Below are positions 29,428 to 42,928 of a stretch of 64,000 nucleotides of DNA, piece after piece (position 1 is the first letter of the stretch; each line of letters starts with the position of its first letter). This DNA is from Paraspadella gotoi. Its lineage: Eukaryota; Animalia; Chaetognatha. The stretch covers positions 2,596,699 to 2,660,698 of the forward strand of contig CM119269.1 in the NCBI GenBank assembly GCA_051294375.1. The letters run 5' to 3'. The notes under the pieces were generated by a model that had not been told where the DNA came from, ran no database searches, and saw nothing but the letters and a program-made list of their open reading frames with translations. A program made the translations under genes and the position numbers.

Positions 29428-30496
29428 CAAGAGAAAGGGCGGAGAGAAGAGAGAGGAGAGAGAGAAACCGCAAGAGAGATGAGAGGGATGTGAAGAGAGA
29501 TAAAAGAGAGTAGAAAGAGCGGAAAGAGATGGAAAGTATCAGAATATTTATTTGACTATCGTCACAAAGATTGAGTAGATCAATAGAGAAAAGATATTAG
29601 GTAAATATGATCTATTTTCAATGAAAAAAATTCATTGAATTATAATTTATAAATAGAGTGTGAGTAATAAAGAAAAAAAAGAAATGTAACTCTTTTTGGG
29701 GCTACTGTATTTGGAGGTTGCAAGTTACAGATGTATTGTTGATAAATAGGCTCCAGAGAGAGAGAGAGATGGAGAGAGAATTGATGAGAGAACGAGAGTT
29801 TGACTGTGAGGAGTAGAGGAGATGACTCGGAGAGAGAGAGCAGAGTGTTCATAGTTTGTACATACAGATAACGAGGAGAAAAAGTATAATTTTTCGCAGA
29901 AGCGAGGAAATTCGATGACGCTAATGAATTCCTCACCGTCATCGCTCCTCTTCCCCGCCCCATTTTCCGACTCCTTTTCTTGACGCCGTTGTACTCTCCT
30001 TCAAACTCAAGAGCGTGACCCCGTGTTTCTCTTCAGTAACGTCTTCGTCGTCGTCTTCGTCGTCGTCGTCGTCGTCGTCGTCGTCTTCTTCGTTTTCGTC
30101 CTTTCATCGTTTTCCTCAAATATTCGTCTTTCTCTTATTTGTTGTCACTGACTTTGTCCCAGATGTCTAAGACTTTGTCGTTGACTTTTATTTCGTTTTA
30201 ATCCTGGCTCAGAGTTGTAAGTTTAATCATCGCCTGTGTCACAGATGCCGTTATTAAATTCATCACTGATTCCGTCGCAATGACATCATCGTCATCTGAG
30301 TCACCATCACAAACGTGGCAAATAAGGAAGCCATCGCACATAACGTTTTATCTGTTGTCTCCCTCGTCTTCAAACTTGTAATTCAACTCCTTTTTTTTTA
30401 GATTTTCGTTCAATCATGTCATTATACTTATTTATAAATGCATCGCAGTCGATGTGGCTTTATATTCTTACAGCCACACATGTCACTTAGATTGAG

Positions 30497-30538
<42 letters not shown>

Positions 30539-30727
30539 CCCGTCGCAGTCAATTTCACAATTTTTGATCTGCAACGGCCGGCGTCGTCCCACTCTGCAAG
30601 GAACCTTCAGTAAACGTGAAGGCATCGAACCTACGACCTCTTGAATAAAAAAAAATCCTAAATGTCCTGACCGCGGGGTCACGTTTTGGCGGTCGCCTTG
30701 TCCCCTCGTAAAATTCGTCGCGGTCTT

Positions 30728-30757
<30 letters not shown>
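30497..30757. repeat. (CGT)n microsatellites (also 30045-30085 and 35397-35420)
   Basis: Visible cgtcgtcgt runs at 30497-30534 and 30728-30757. Confidence 0.9.
30600..30690 (-). mobile_element. tRNA-derived SINE-like head (Pol III B box)
   Basis: The minus strand reads ...gaggtcgtaGGTTCGATGCC (B box, 30621-30631), with a degenerate A-box-like tgaccccgcggtcagg about 40-50 nt upstream. Confidence 0.4.
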
Positions 30758-30758
<1 letters not shown>

Positions 30759-31878
30759 TGACAACGTCGTAAATGGAAAGAACGTTAAGGAAAACAAACA
30801 GGTTAATGGCGCCGGGACGGACCGGAACCGAAGAGAGAAGACAGACGACGACGCCGCCGTGTGTCTACAGGATCTTTAACGGCGTCGCCAGAGGACGCCG
30901 CGGAAGGAAGTGACGCCGTTTGGAACCGGAAGTTCGGGCTAAAGTCGCCTTCGACCCTCGGGCGGCGTCGTATTTTGACTTTGATTGGGTTTTTGAAGAA
31001 AGAATTGGGAAGAGGCACGAGTTTTGAAAAATCTCACCGGAGATGGGGACTTGGTTAATCCGCTTGTGATTGAAGGATGAGTTTCCATGAGAGTGAAATG
31101 TATTTCTAAGGAATTTAATTCAAGCCTCGGGCATTAAATTCACCTGTTTCTATATTAGGTTTATGATTTTATAAAACTAAAATTTTGTCTACAAATTGTA
31201 CGTAAGATTTGGAGGAAATTCGTAGCCTTTAGTCTTTATAACATTTAACTAAGAAGACAGGGAAACAGGGAGTCCATCCGACTATTGGCCGGTTCCATCT
31301 GAGTCTCGACCAATCAGAGAGCTTGATTCCAATACGGTGATTTCTTCCCGAGTCTTTGATCCGGTTCCATGCGGTTCCATGCGATTCCATTCGATTCCAT
31401 CTTTTGGATTTCTTGGTCGACTGGTCATTCAATATTTTTTTTTGTATTCAAAGTCGCCATCTTCGCTTCACGTTTTGGTCGTCGTCATCTGCTGCTGGTG
31501 ATGTTGTTGTTTTTCCTTGTTCCCGGATCGTTAAGCTTCGAGTCTCCGCGGGCCGATGTCTCCGCCAACGACTCCACCTTTTTATCACGCAGGTTTCTCT
31601 CTTTTTTTTTTTACTTCACTTTTTTTAAATTTCCTTCTCATCTTTCAAAGTGATCGAGGTCATCCCATGGAGCTGTTATGACTGGCAACGGATTTCGGTT
31701 CAAAACTCTTCTTCCTTTTGCCGAGATCCTTTTTTCGCTCCTGCTTATGTTTATTTTCCGCTTCTTTTTTCATTCTTTTTTATTCTTCTGATCATTTATT
31801 GCTTTGCCGCCTTTTTTTAGGTTGGTCTTCGAAAGTAGCTTCTTCTGCAACTGTCTCCTCGGTTTTCTTCTTTGCTTT

Positions 31879-31944
<66 letters not shown>

Positions 31945-33029
31945 GGAGTGCCATCAGCTTTAATCACTCCGTTTTCCTTTCTTTTTTCCTCGACTCTCCA
32001 TCACTTTCGCTGTCACCGTCAGTTTTCCTTTTTTTTCCTTTTTTTCTTTTTTCGACTTTGAATTTTGCTTTTCGCTCATCGAATAAGAAGTAGTCGCTGC
32101 CTCAAATTGGTTAATATTAATATTAATTTAATAACAATAATTAATTAACAACTCCAATTCATGCAAGCGATCTTACGTCGACGCTTTCTTACGAGTTGAC
32201 TATTTCAAAATTTCAAACAAAATATTATCATTTAACAAAACTTACAGTTGAAAAATAGCAGTATGGAAAGTAAAAATAATGTAAAATTCGACAATAAATC
32301 ATCAATAGGATAGTATCACGTCGGGTCATTCTTTTCTAGTCATTTAAGTTGACCTTACCTGACCTTATCTTTTCACCGATCAAGTCGCTTTCTTGTGGCT
32401 TTCTTTCGGCCGAAAACCTCGTCACTTGTTATTCGATCAGAATCATTTTTAAAGAAGAGATCGGCCGTCTAAAGATTTATTACAAACATTTATTCGACAT
32501 TTCATTGATTTGCCATAGATTTATCTCTACAAAAATACAAATAATTCACAATTTATTCTACGTTCGACGTTTTCTTTACGCTTCGAGATTTAGTAAGATA
32601 CTACGAAATCCTTGCTCCTTGTCAAAATCTGTTCATCCGACGGCCGACGCCTCGAACGCGCGACCCCGCAGGCATAGAAAATACAAAAGATTTTCTACAA
32701 TCGACGTCTAGTCTAAAGGAAGTTTAACATTTTTTTAAAATAATAAATAATCGAATTGAAAAAAAAAAATTCAAAATTTCAAAGGCAAGGTCGCTGAATA
32801 AAATTGAAATCAATAAAATTGACGAATGAATGGAAATATTGAAACAAAAAGACATCGGGATAAAAACCTCGATGTGGCTCATTAACGGTCCCTCGTTAAT
32901 GGAATCCTTTTTTTCAAAAGAAAGAGCCCACTCATTTTTTTAAAGACTGGCTTAGCTCTCAATGTTGTTTTCCTTTTCCGTTTGAAGAGCTCTCTCGCTC
33001 TCGCTCTCTATCTTCTCTCTCCTCATCTT

Positions 33030-33071
<42 letters not shown>

Positions 33072-33984
33072 CCCACTTCCTTCTGCCCAAGTCAATTCCT
33101 TTTCCAAGTGTGAACAAGAATAGCGAAGATTATCGTTATTGGTTATTAGTTTTTTCGTATTAAAAAAAAAAAAACTAATAACAAGCCATGAAAAGAACCA
33201 TCGCCCTGGCAAAGACGCAACAACGCCTTGTTTGGTTTTGTTTTTGTATTGTTTTGCATAGTATTGTTTTATATAGACGTTTTGTCTCCATGTCCAAGGA
33301 CGCCACACCTTTTGAAAGTTATAATTAACATATCGCTGTACTTTTATTTAACGACACGCAACAGACTTATTTAAGAATTAAGACTCTACGAAGTCTCTAC
33401 GAAGTCTCTACGAGATGCAAATGAGATTTTAGTTCACTTTTATGCAAAGAGAAATCAAAGGGTCGTCTCGAGACTGGCATAGCCGGTCCAGGCTCTTCAC
33501 GCCTCTTTCCTATTCCCACTCAAATTTCCACCTCCGTTCCAGTAATTCACTCACTATTGAAAACCTTTCAGGTTGAGATATAACCTTATAAAATCTAAGG
33601 TTCCACCTCATTCATAGTCCACCTCCGAAACGCGGGTCCCGCAAGTCCATCCCCAGCTCGATTTCCTTCACACGACCACCTACCAGGTTCTCCCCCCCCC
33701 CCACTACATCTCCCGGTATTTCCCCCTCTCTCTCCCACCTCCATTTTTTCCCCTTCAACTCAGGTGGCAGCCTTGGAATTAAGTCGACCAAAGGCGGTTG
33801 AGTCTCCGAGTCTTTTGTTTTCCATCTCGAGAGGGCGCTAATCCCGCACCGATATCAGACGATGTATATAAATTGTTTAACTGACGAATCGGAAAGGCAA
33901 TTCTGACGGAAGACATTCAGAGGAAGGAGGATGATCTTTCTTTGAAAAGTTTGGTCGGATAAATAAATTAATATTAATATATTA

Positions 33985-34008
33985 ATTATTATTATTATTA
34001 TTATTATA

Positions 34009-34049
<41 letters not shown>
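33985..34049. repeat. (ATT)n microsatellite
   Basis: Directly visible. Confidence 0.95.
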
Positions 34050-34165
34050 CTATATTCGGTTATTTAACGTATTTTCTCAGTTATTCGCCGATGGGAGAAA
34101 CGTTTTGAGTCACCCGAGAAACTCATTAACTGACGAAATGCGAAACTCACCTTGCCAAGAGAAGA

Positions 34166-34202
<37 letters not shown>

Positions 34203-34698
34203 ATCAAAGAATAGACCTTTTTCAATTTCTTTTGTGAGCAAAGAGAGAGAAAGAGTTTGCGGTGAGGATAGAGGATAGAGAGAAAGTAGTGAGGATGAGA
34301 AAAAAGCATTAATGCACCAAATGTAGTCTTCAGTTTCACGTCAAAGATCAAAATCTTTAATTATCACGAATGATCGAATCCCCGAATCACCGATAGAAAA
34401 AGTAAAAAAGAAAGACTGATTTTTAACTGTGAAACCTTTTGTCGTCAAACTGTGGTTGCCAATTAATCTTCACGAAGAGAGACCATACCGAAAAAAATTC
34501 AAGATGGCGTCTTTCATGAAATTCATGAAATGTTTTTTTTTCTGGAATTCTTTCATCACGGTAATTTCTGCATTTCACTCGCGTGAGGGCGACCACGTAA
34601 GCTACTAACTCCAAACATTCTAATATTCAATTAAACATACTTAACCCGGCGACCACAGTCCACATCTCAACATTCACCCCAGCTAGCCCGCCACAGCC

Positions 34699-34762
34699 GC
34701 CACCCGAATGGCATGCCACCCGAATGGCAGGCCACCCGAATGGCATGCCACCCGAATGGCTT
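34699..34762. repeat. 16-bp tandem repeat (gccacccgaatggcat) x4
   Basis: Directly visible. Confidence 0.85.
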
Positions 34763-36053
34763 GCCATCCCTCCGCCATCAGCAGGAAGGTTCGACTTTGT
34801 GAAATTTAATCCCAAAGAAAATGATCTTTATCGGATTTCCTTCCTTTTTTTTTAATGCAAAATTAATTCCACGTATTTTTTCTTTTCCTTTCGTTTTTCT
34901 TACTTTTTTTTAGGTCGATGCCTTAATTTCTCATCTTTTTTCTCGCTAGAAATTGTTTTTTTTTATTCATTTTTGCCTTTTGTCACAGTATTTATATTTG
35001 ATTAGAAGTTTAGTTTTGACATCCCTGCCGATAAACTTAAAACACATTTACGTACAAGGTTTAATAGTGTTGTATGATACGTTATGATAAAAATAAATAA
35101 TTAGAATCTCATCGCTTAATTGTAATTTTTAGCTCGTATTTATTCAAAATTTCGCGGGGATCAATTCACCAGCTTTGTGAAATTGAATTCCAACTCGTGC
35201 TTCCAAGTCGCGGGGACTTGGGGGAGGAGGAAGGAAAAACGGGTCTCTCGCCCTTAAGCCTTCTCGGCTCGACATTCGACACCCCTTTCCGAGGGCGCGG
35301 GTGGGCCTGGATCATCTCCACCGACGTCGCAGTCCGTCGAGGCTTCGAGAAGACTCCGTGTCCCTCTGGGGGGGAAAGTGTGAAGTAAAAAGATCCTCGT
35401 CGTCGTCGTCGTCGTCGTCGACAAGGCTCGAATTTTGAGCGAATGAAATCAGCGCCTCTAGAATAAAATGGAAGAGAAGAAACAAAGTAATACTCAGCTA
35501 TGAAATATTAATTAGCGAAATAGTTTATTGTTTTGTTTGTGTGAATATTTCATTGTTAAATTTTTTTTTAGTGTATTTTTCGCGCAAATAAAATTTTGTT
35601 AAAATTAGATGAACAAAATTTATATTTTGTATATTCTCATTTTGTTGGTAAATTTTAACCAAAAAAAAAATTGATGAATATTAAATAGGCTATATGGAAT
35701 TTGTACAGACTTTGCTTGCTATGAGAATGCATATTGTTTTATTTTGGCTTCTCAATGCACCAAAAAGAAGCTCGACCAGCAGAAAAAGCAGAAACGTCTT
35801 AAAAAGTTTCTTCTAACTTCACTTAAGTTTCGCACGTTGCCAGCTATTGTAAAAATTTATGGATTTTTGGGCCTAAATGAGCGATGGGGTCGCCCGCTGA
35901 GAGATTCCCAAAAAGTAGTTTTGGCCGCATGAGAGAAGGAAAGGCGAGTGAGCGAGAAAAAAAAAGAATAAGGAAAAAGGAAGAGATATAACCTTGGAAA
36001 CAGAGTAGGAGAAGATAGGGAAAAAGATAAAAATAAAAAGATAAAAAAGACAC

Positions 36054-36128
<75 letters not shown>

Positions 36129-36688
36129 CATTCTAAACCTCCATCGATAATTATCGGGAGAGAGGAAACATGGAGAGAACCGTTTAACCTTTCCTCGAAA
36201 AAGACGAGCCCTCGACAGGGAAGGGAACGACGTCAATTTCGTTTATGACGTTATTTGTGGCGTCATTTCCGGTTATAACGTCCGAAGTTGGAGTCGGACA
36301 TTTCGTCGTCTTTTTCGTCCGATGACGTCTTCATCGTTCTTCTGTCTCGAGCGAGTCGCCATCTATCGGATTTCGAAATCCTCTCTTCCCCATTTGTTTT
36401 CGATTATAAAAATGGCGTCGTAAAGTCAACGAGAGGGTGACCCTTGGCAACGAATTAGCAACGGGGCGCAAGAAATGATTTTATTACGTTCTGAAATTAT
36501 CGAAAAGAGATTACGATTACTTCATAAAGTAGGATAAATTTGAAGTTTTCTTTAAATTATTAAGTAAAGCTTATGAGAGAGACCCCTAAAAAGATGTCTT
36601 TTAAAATTTTAAATGTCAATGAAGTTAGGCTCTCGGCGGTCTGATATAAGATTTTTTTAAAAGTTGTGGCTAAATTAAGGAGGAAACC

Positions 36689-36807
<119 letters not shown>

Positions 36808-37310
36808 CGTTCAACCCAGGCGTTTTTTCATCTCTTGTTGACAGGGGATGAATTTTTAACGAATTTTCGACGGCTAAAAATTGAGTAGATTTTGTCGAGT
36901 CGCTCTTCGTTTAAAAATTAGTAGTTATTTAATTTCATTTAATTTCATTCCGCCACCATTATTTCAATTTCCAAATGTTCGATTCTTAAACATATTTTTA
37001 AACTAATTTCCATTAACCCGACATCATTTTATTCAATCTCCTGCTAACATTTTAACACTATCACTACTTTATCTAAATTAGCCTCATTCGCTCAACTGTC
37101 CAAACTCCAAATAATTTTTGCGATGACGAAAAAATTATTTTTGTATTTGTTTTTATTTGTTTTCGTCCGAGGATCAATTTCGTCCGAGTTTAACTTGAGT
37201 TTAACTTAGGTATCGCGCCACTTCGATATCGAATAATTTTTTTTTTCTCTCCGAAAATTCTTAATAGTAAAACATTTACGAATAAAGTGTAAAAAATTAA
37301 TTCTCCAAAG

Positions 37311-37384
37311 TGGACTTCACGAAATATCTGTATCTGGCGTTGCGCCATCTCCACGTTACCCTTCGCTCTCTCCTGAGGATCGAG
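37311..37384 (+). CDS. Weak candidate exon, product unknown
   Basis: ttctccaaag|TG GAC TTC... reads DFTKYLYLALRHLHVTLRSLLRIE and ends GAG|gtagaa. Its phase is compatible with the 27344-27390 candidate, but both splice sites are weak. Confidence 0.25.
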
Positions 37385-38512
37385 GTAGAAACGATGAACC
37401 GACAAAAAAGGCAGCCATCTTTTTTTACGGAAGAGAGAAAAAAGAATCTGAGTGGGAGGAGGAGCAAAGAGGAAATTTCACTTTGTCGAGGACGGACGTG
37501 ACGGGAGGACTAGACCAAATAGGGAAAGTGCGTCGGATGACAAAAAATGTCCCCCCAAAAAAATGCGGCCAAAAAGGCTCGAGTTTCTGCGAGTGGAGTG
37601 AAAGGGACAGCGAGGAAAGGCGAGAAAGGAGGATAAAAGGAGTCTGGAACTCGGAACGGCATTCGAGCCATCATCCAAAAGTGATGGGCGTGGAGCGGAG
37701 GAAAAGATAGTGGAGCATTGATCGAAAGCGTGGAGCGAAGAGCGAAGAGGAGAGCAAGGTTTAGGAGCAGAAAGGGCGAAGAGGGGAGCAAGGAGCGCGG
37801 GTTCAGGAGCAGAAAGGGCGAGAATCTTGGCCAGACGATTTTGATCCGAAATGGCGCCGATGGAAGAGTTTTTCTAATTCGGTTCCATCGCAAACGATCC
37901 CCGTTTTATTTATTTATTTTTTTATTTGTAAACTTATTCCGATCTTGTTTTGACACTTAGGGGAAAGATGGAGAAACATTTTTAGGGAAAAAAAAATTCA
38001 ATGAATAAAGCTTAACTTAAAGCGTAACTTATACTCTGTCCCCTTTTCAACAAAAAATCTGATCCGATAAAAAAATGTGTGAGTGTATAATCGCTTGGGG
38101 AGAGAGATAGAGAGAAACAGAAACAGAAACAGGGAGAGAAACAGAGAGGACGGTAAAGGAAAATAAAAAAAAATTGACAGAATTACGTACGGACAAAACA
38201 GAAAAAACGGAGAGAACCCTCGAAAAAAACGAACGCCCTTCCTTCTCAGCTTTCTCTCTCTATCTCTCTTAAGAAGAAACGAGGAAAAAGATTTGAAAAA
38301 AAAAGAGCAAAAGGTCAACATCAGAAAAGGAGAGAGGGATGGTGGTTGGTGCGAATGTGGGGAGGAGGTGGAGGTGAAGGCCAGGCTAAAAACAATTTCA
38401 TTTCATTTCATCATTTCCGAATTTTTGGTTCAAAGAAATCACGAAATTTGACGACGTTCACTGGTTCCATTTCTCTCAATTCCTACTAAATCGCTTTTCT
38501 GTCACTACTCTC

Positions 38513-38549
<37 letters not shown>

Positions 38550-38613
38550 TCTTTCCCCTCCCCCAAAAGGCACAAAACGAAATCCGATGGTTTATTGAAA
38601 AACAAAGCCGAAG

Positions 38614-38670
<57 letters not shown>

Positions 38671-38926
38671 TTTTCGGACTCCAGTAGCGACGAGGCTTTT
38701 ATGAAGGAAGAGGACGCGACCTCATCGATTCCGATACAAGAACTCGGAGAAAAGAGAAACAAAAGGGAATCGGGTCACGCGCGAGTTATATTGACTTTTA
38801 ATATGGAAATAACGGTTCACTGCTGGGGGAAAAATAATCTAATTCCTCGCAGTTAAATAACTAAAAGAAAGAAACAATCAAAAGAAAACGTTTTTATTTT
38901 GCTGATTGATTTTTTGAACAAAATAA

Positions 38927-39060
38927 CATTAAAGGAGAAAAGTTTTTTTTTAAACAACGAAATTATTTTTTGCTCTGATGAAGGCTTACATTGAAGCCGA
39001 AACATGTCTATTTTCATGTTAAATAATTTCGTTCTTTAAAAAAACTTTTCTCCTTTAATG
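38927..39060. repeat. ~40-bp inverted repeat enclosing the hammerhead core
   Basis: cattaaaggagaaaag(t)9aaacaacgaaattattt (38927-38968) pairs with aaataatttcgttcttt(a)7cttttctcctttaatg (39021-39060), with one mismatch and a 2-nt homopolymer difference. Confidence 0.9.
38975..39020 (+). ncRNA. Hammerhead ribozyme motif (type I, Penelope-like), possibly degenerate
   Basis: CTGATGA-A-[GGCTT acattg AAGCC]-GAAA-CATGTC: intact catalytic core, 5-bp stem II, palindromic ACATGT stem III region and a GTC triplet at 39006-39008. An alternative stem III (ACATG/CATGT) gives GTT at 39018-39020. Confidence 0.65.
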
Positions 39061-39655
39061 CTACAAACACAACGAAACGAAAGAATCAAAACAATGTAAA
39101 CAAAATAACAAAATCATAATTTTTTTTTCTGTATCAAACACCAACGAAAACAAAGGATTCAACCTATTCTTATCCGTGTCAAGGTTACTCACTCATCCGG
39201 GCCAAGTACAATTTGGATATCATAAGTTTATCTATTAAAAACTAAAACGTTTCAAGTCATCAATATTTACAGAGCATCAAATTTCACTGAACGTCTCTCT
39301 ACTACATTAAAATGTTTTAATATAACTATTAACTAACAATACATTCAGGTAACCTTTCAATTCTTCAATATCCAATTCGTCTTTCGTATTGCCAGTTTCA
39401 AAAATGGAGGAGAAGGAAAAACCAAGAGTCCGACGCCAACGCAACATTTTCTCACGGAACCCGAAATCTTCATTGCCGCATTATGCAAATGAGATCCGGG
39501 TTTGGACGCCGCCCAACCATCGATCCTTTGCCCTCATTTCTGAAGGAAAAAAGGTCGAGAGAAATGGCTGAGGCTTCTTTCCAGATTGTAGATACACTTA
39601 AGAAAACAAGTACACTGATATAAGCTTTGTAATATATCACTACATACGTCCGGAG

Positions 39656-39778
<123 letters not shown>

Positions 39779-40654
39779 GTCTTTCTTTCTATTTCTCCCT
39801 CTACAGTATGTGTCTTTCTTTTACTGTCCTATCTCCCTTTCTCTCTCCCTTTGCTTGTGAATTTTAATTTCAACAAAACGCTAAGTCAAGGAACAAATAC
39901 TATTAAACAAACCGATAAATGAAACAGTAATCTGAGAAAAAAAAAGTAAAACGGAAAAAAAAATAATGGCTTTTAGCATCGAACTGCGCCTTACTATCCC
40001 GGTAGAAGTAACGAAAACCGGCGATGAAAAAAATGCGCTCTCTCGTTACGGCGCCGTGCCCGTCCGAATAAACCGACGGAGGCGACGACGGCGCCCTTAC
40101 CTCGCGGCGCTGACGGCCTGACGCGGCGTCGGTGGCTCCGTGCGCAATTTCAAAGTTTTATGGCGGGAAACGTTTGACCGTTAAATTTACGAGTTAGTTC
40201 GCAGTCCGCAGTTTCCCGCGGTTACATCCCTGGTTTTTTCTTCCCGCGTTTTCTGCGATTACATCCGGGGAAAAGGAGGAAGGGAATAAAAAAAATATAA
40301 TAAAAAAAAGGGAGAAGTTGATTAATGGAAAGGTGGAGGGGCCGCATCGAAATGGCCGTCTCCCTCAGCGGGAAAAGGGGGGAAGGGGGCGGAAAATGAG
40401 GGGAAGGGGGAAAGGGGGGAGGGGGGAAAAGTGGGGGATGAGTGGGTGAAGGGGGAAAGGGGTCGACGAGGTATGGGCGGTCCGAAGAAAGTGGGAAAGT
40501 TTCATCGGAGAGAGAATAGGATCGTAACGGGTTTTATCTGATTTTGTTACTATTATTTATTCTTGCTTAGATTAAAGTTACTAACGAGTGTCGTTTTGAA
40601 AAAAATGTGGGTGTTGGGTGATTAATTTAAATGATAATTTTATTACTTCTGGAA

Positions 40655-40776
<122 letters not shown>

Positions 40777-41596
40777 CCACTAAAGACCTCAAATATTAAG
40801 TTCAGTTGATGTAGTATAATTTATATATGAACAATAAATAGTTCCAGAGTTTCGATGTTTCATCATTTATGCTTTTTTACATTTTAATTCTCTTTCGTTT
40901 TTGTAGCTTATTGTAAGTACTTTTTTTTAAAAGTAATTTCACGATATTTTTTCCAGCTTTTAGTATATTGTTAACCTCTTTATTATTTGCTACTTAATTA
41001 AAAATATTAATTTCACCTCTTAGGAAAAAATTTTAGAAAATTCAAAAACATTCTACTTGATATTTAAGAGGCAACAAATCAGAGGAAGAGCGTCTATCGG
41101 AGATGATAATAAGAAATTAGATGCCTTTAAAAGCAGATAAGGAATATTTCAACAATAAATGTAATAAAAAATAATAGTTACGGATGATGTGGTCCTGAAC
41201 TTGAAATGCTAAAGAAAACTAGGAAGGGTGGATTCAAGATGGCGTAGAAAAGTATAAGACGCTATAGTAGCAAGCAACGAAGTACTCAAGCAAGCAAGTA
41301 TAAAAACGCTAACCAAGCAAGCGAGAAAAAAAATTCCCCCCCCAAGAGAAAAGGGAAAAAATCTGGAAGGAAGAGAAGAAAATCGAAGTTTAAATGAAGG
41401 AAAGAAAAAAAAAAGGAAAAAAAAATTTGGGAAGAAAAAAAAGGAAAAAGCGAGAAACTAGAAAGAGATTTCCAAGAATTCCTCTACAGTCTACACCCCC
41501 CTTCCACCCCGAATCTCCAATAAAAAAGGAAAAATTCAAATGACACAGAGAGAGTCTGTGTCTCGTTAATTAGATTAGTTAATGATCTTCCGTAAT

Positions 41597-41663
<67 letters not shown>

Positions 41664-42039
41664 GAAAATGGTTTCCTGGGAACGATACTTTTTCGTCCCT
41701 TCTTCTTTGTTAAAATTTTAATGTAGATTCAGTTTAAAGGGAATGAAACAAAAAAAAAAACAAAAAACAAAATACACACCCTGTACAACGACAGGGGGAT
41801 GGGGCTGAAATAACATATAAAAATGTAACCGTCTTATGACATATGTAACATATTGTTGTACAAGCGAAATACCTAAAAGGAAAAATACACATTAAATAAT
41901 AAACCATTATATATTTATATAAAAAAGTTGTTTAGTTAATTGTAACCATTGTAGGTGTAAGATGAGCTTGTCTTGACAAGAGGGCCGGGGTCCGCCAAAA
42001 AATTGTTGGAGGAGGCCTACCTGTTCTCTACGAACTAAT

Positions 42040-42428
42040 GCCTGTTCGGCAAGCAAAATTTCGGTTGATCGAACAAGCTCCCCTTGTTCATCGTACGAAC
42101 TATGAGTTGACCGATTAAGCCCCGTCTCTTCTGCTTGCTAACTGTCGGTAAACCAAACAAGATTCGCCTTTTCTGCTTGCAAACTGTTGGCTGACCAAAC
42201 AAGCATCGCCAGTTTGGCTTGCAAACTGTCAGCTGACCGAGCAAGTCCCGGCTCTTGTGCTTGCTAACTGTCGGTTTACCAAACAAGATTCGCCTGTTCT
42301 TTTTGCAAACTGTCGGCTGACCGAACAATATTCGCCATCTCTGATTGCAAACTGTCGGCTGACCGAACAAGCCCCGCCTGTTTTGCATGGTTGACCAAAC
42401 AAGCCCGGCCTCTTCTGCATGAAAACTG
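42040..42428. repeat. 42-bp degenerate minisatellite, about 9 copies
   Basis: gc(a/t)aactgtcggctgaccgaacaag recurs at 42137, 42179, 42221, 42263, 42305 and 42347. Confidence 0.9.
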
Positions 42429-42797
42429 CTGATTTGGAAAAAAAAGTTCCTCTTGACCTCAAAGGAGTCACTGCTTAACTTTCTCCGCCTCGACGAATTT
42501 TTCCTTTGCCTTTTTTCCCTAATTTTCCGCTTCACTTTTGTTTTTTGTTTTTTTTTCTTATTTTTTAATTTACTCATTCGTGTCCGAACTGCATCGTGCA
42601 GATCAATTTATTCTTTTGTTCAAAAAGTTTCGAAATAATGTTTTTTGAAAATTACTATTCTACGTAGTACTTTTATGTTCAATGCTTGATTTGAAACGAA
42701 AAGCAGTTTTTTGTTGTACAGTACACTTTTCACTTTGTTTTGGTCATTTCTTTAAAGAAAAATAATCTTCTCTGGCGTCAGCACCCGGTTTCAAACA

Positions 42798-42928
<131 letters not shown>

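Noticed and set aside
34129-34150. ctgacgaaatgcgaaac hammerhead-like string
   Set aside because: No stem II, stem III or cleavage-site pairing.
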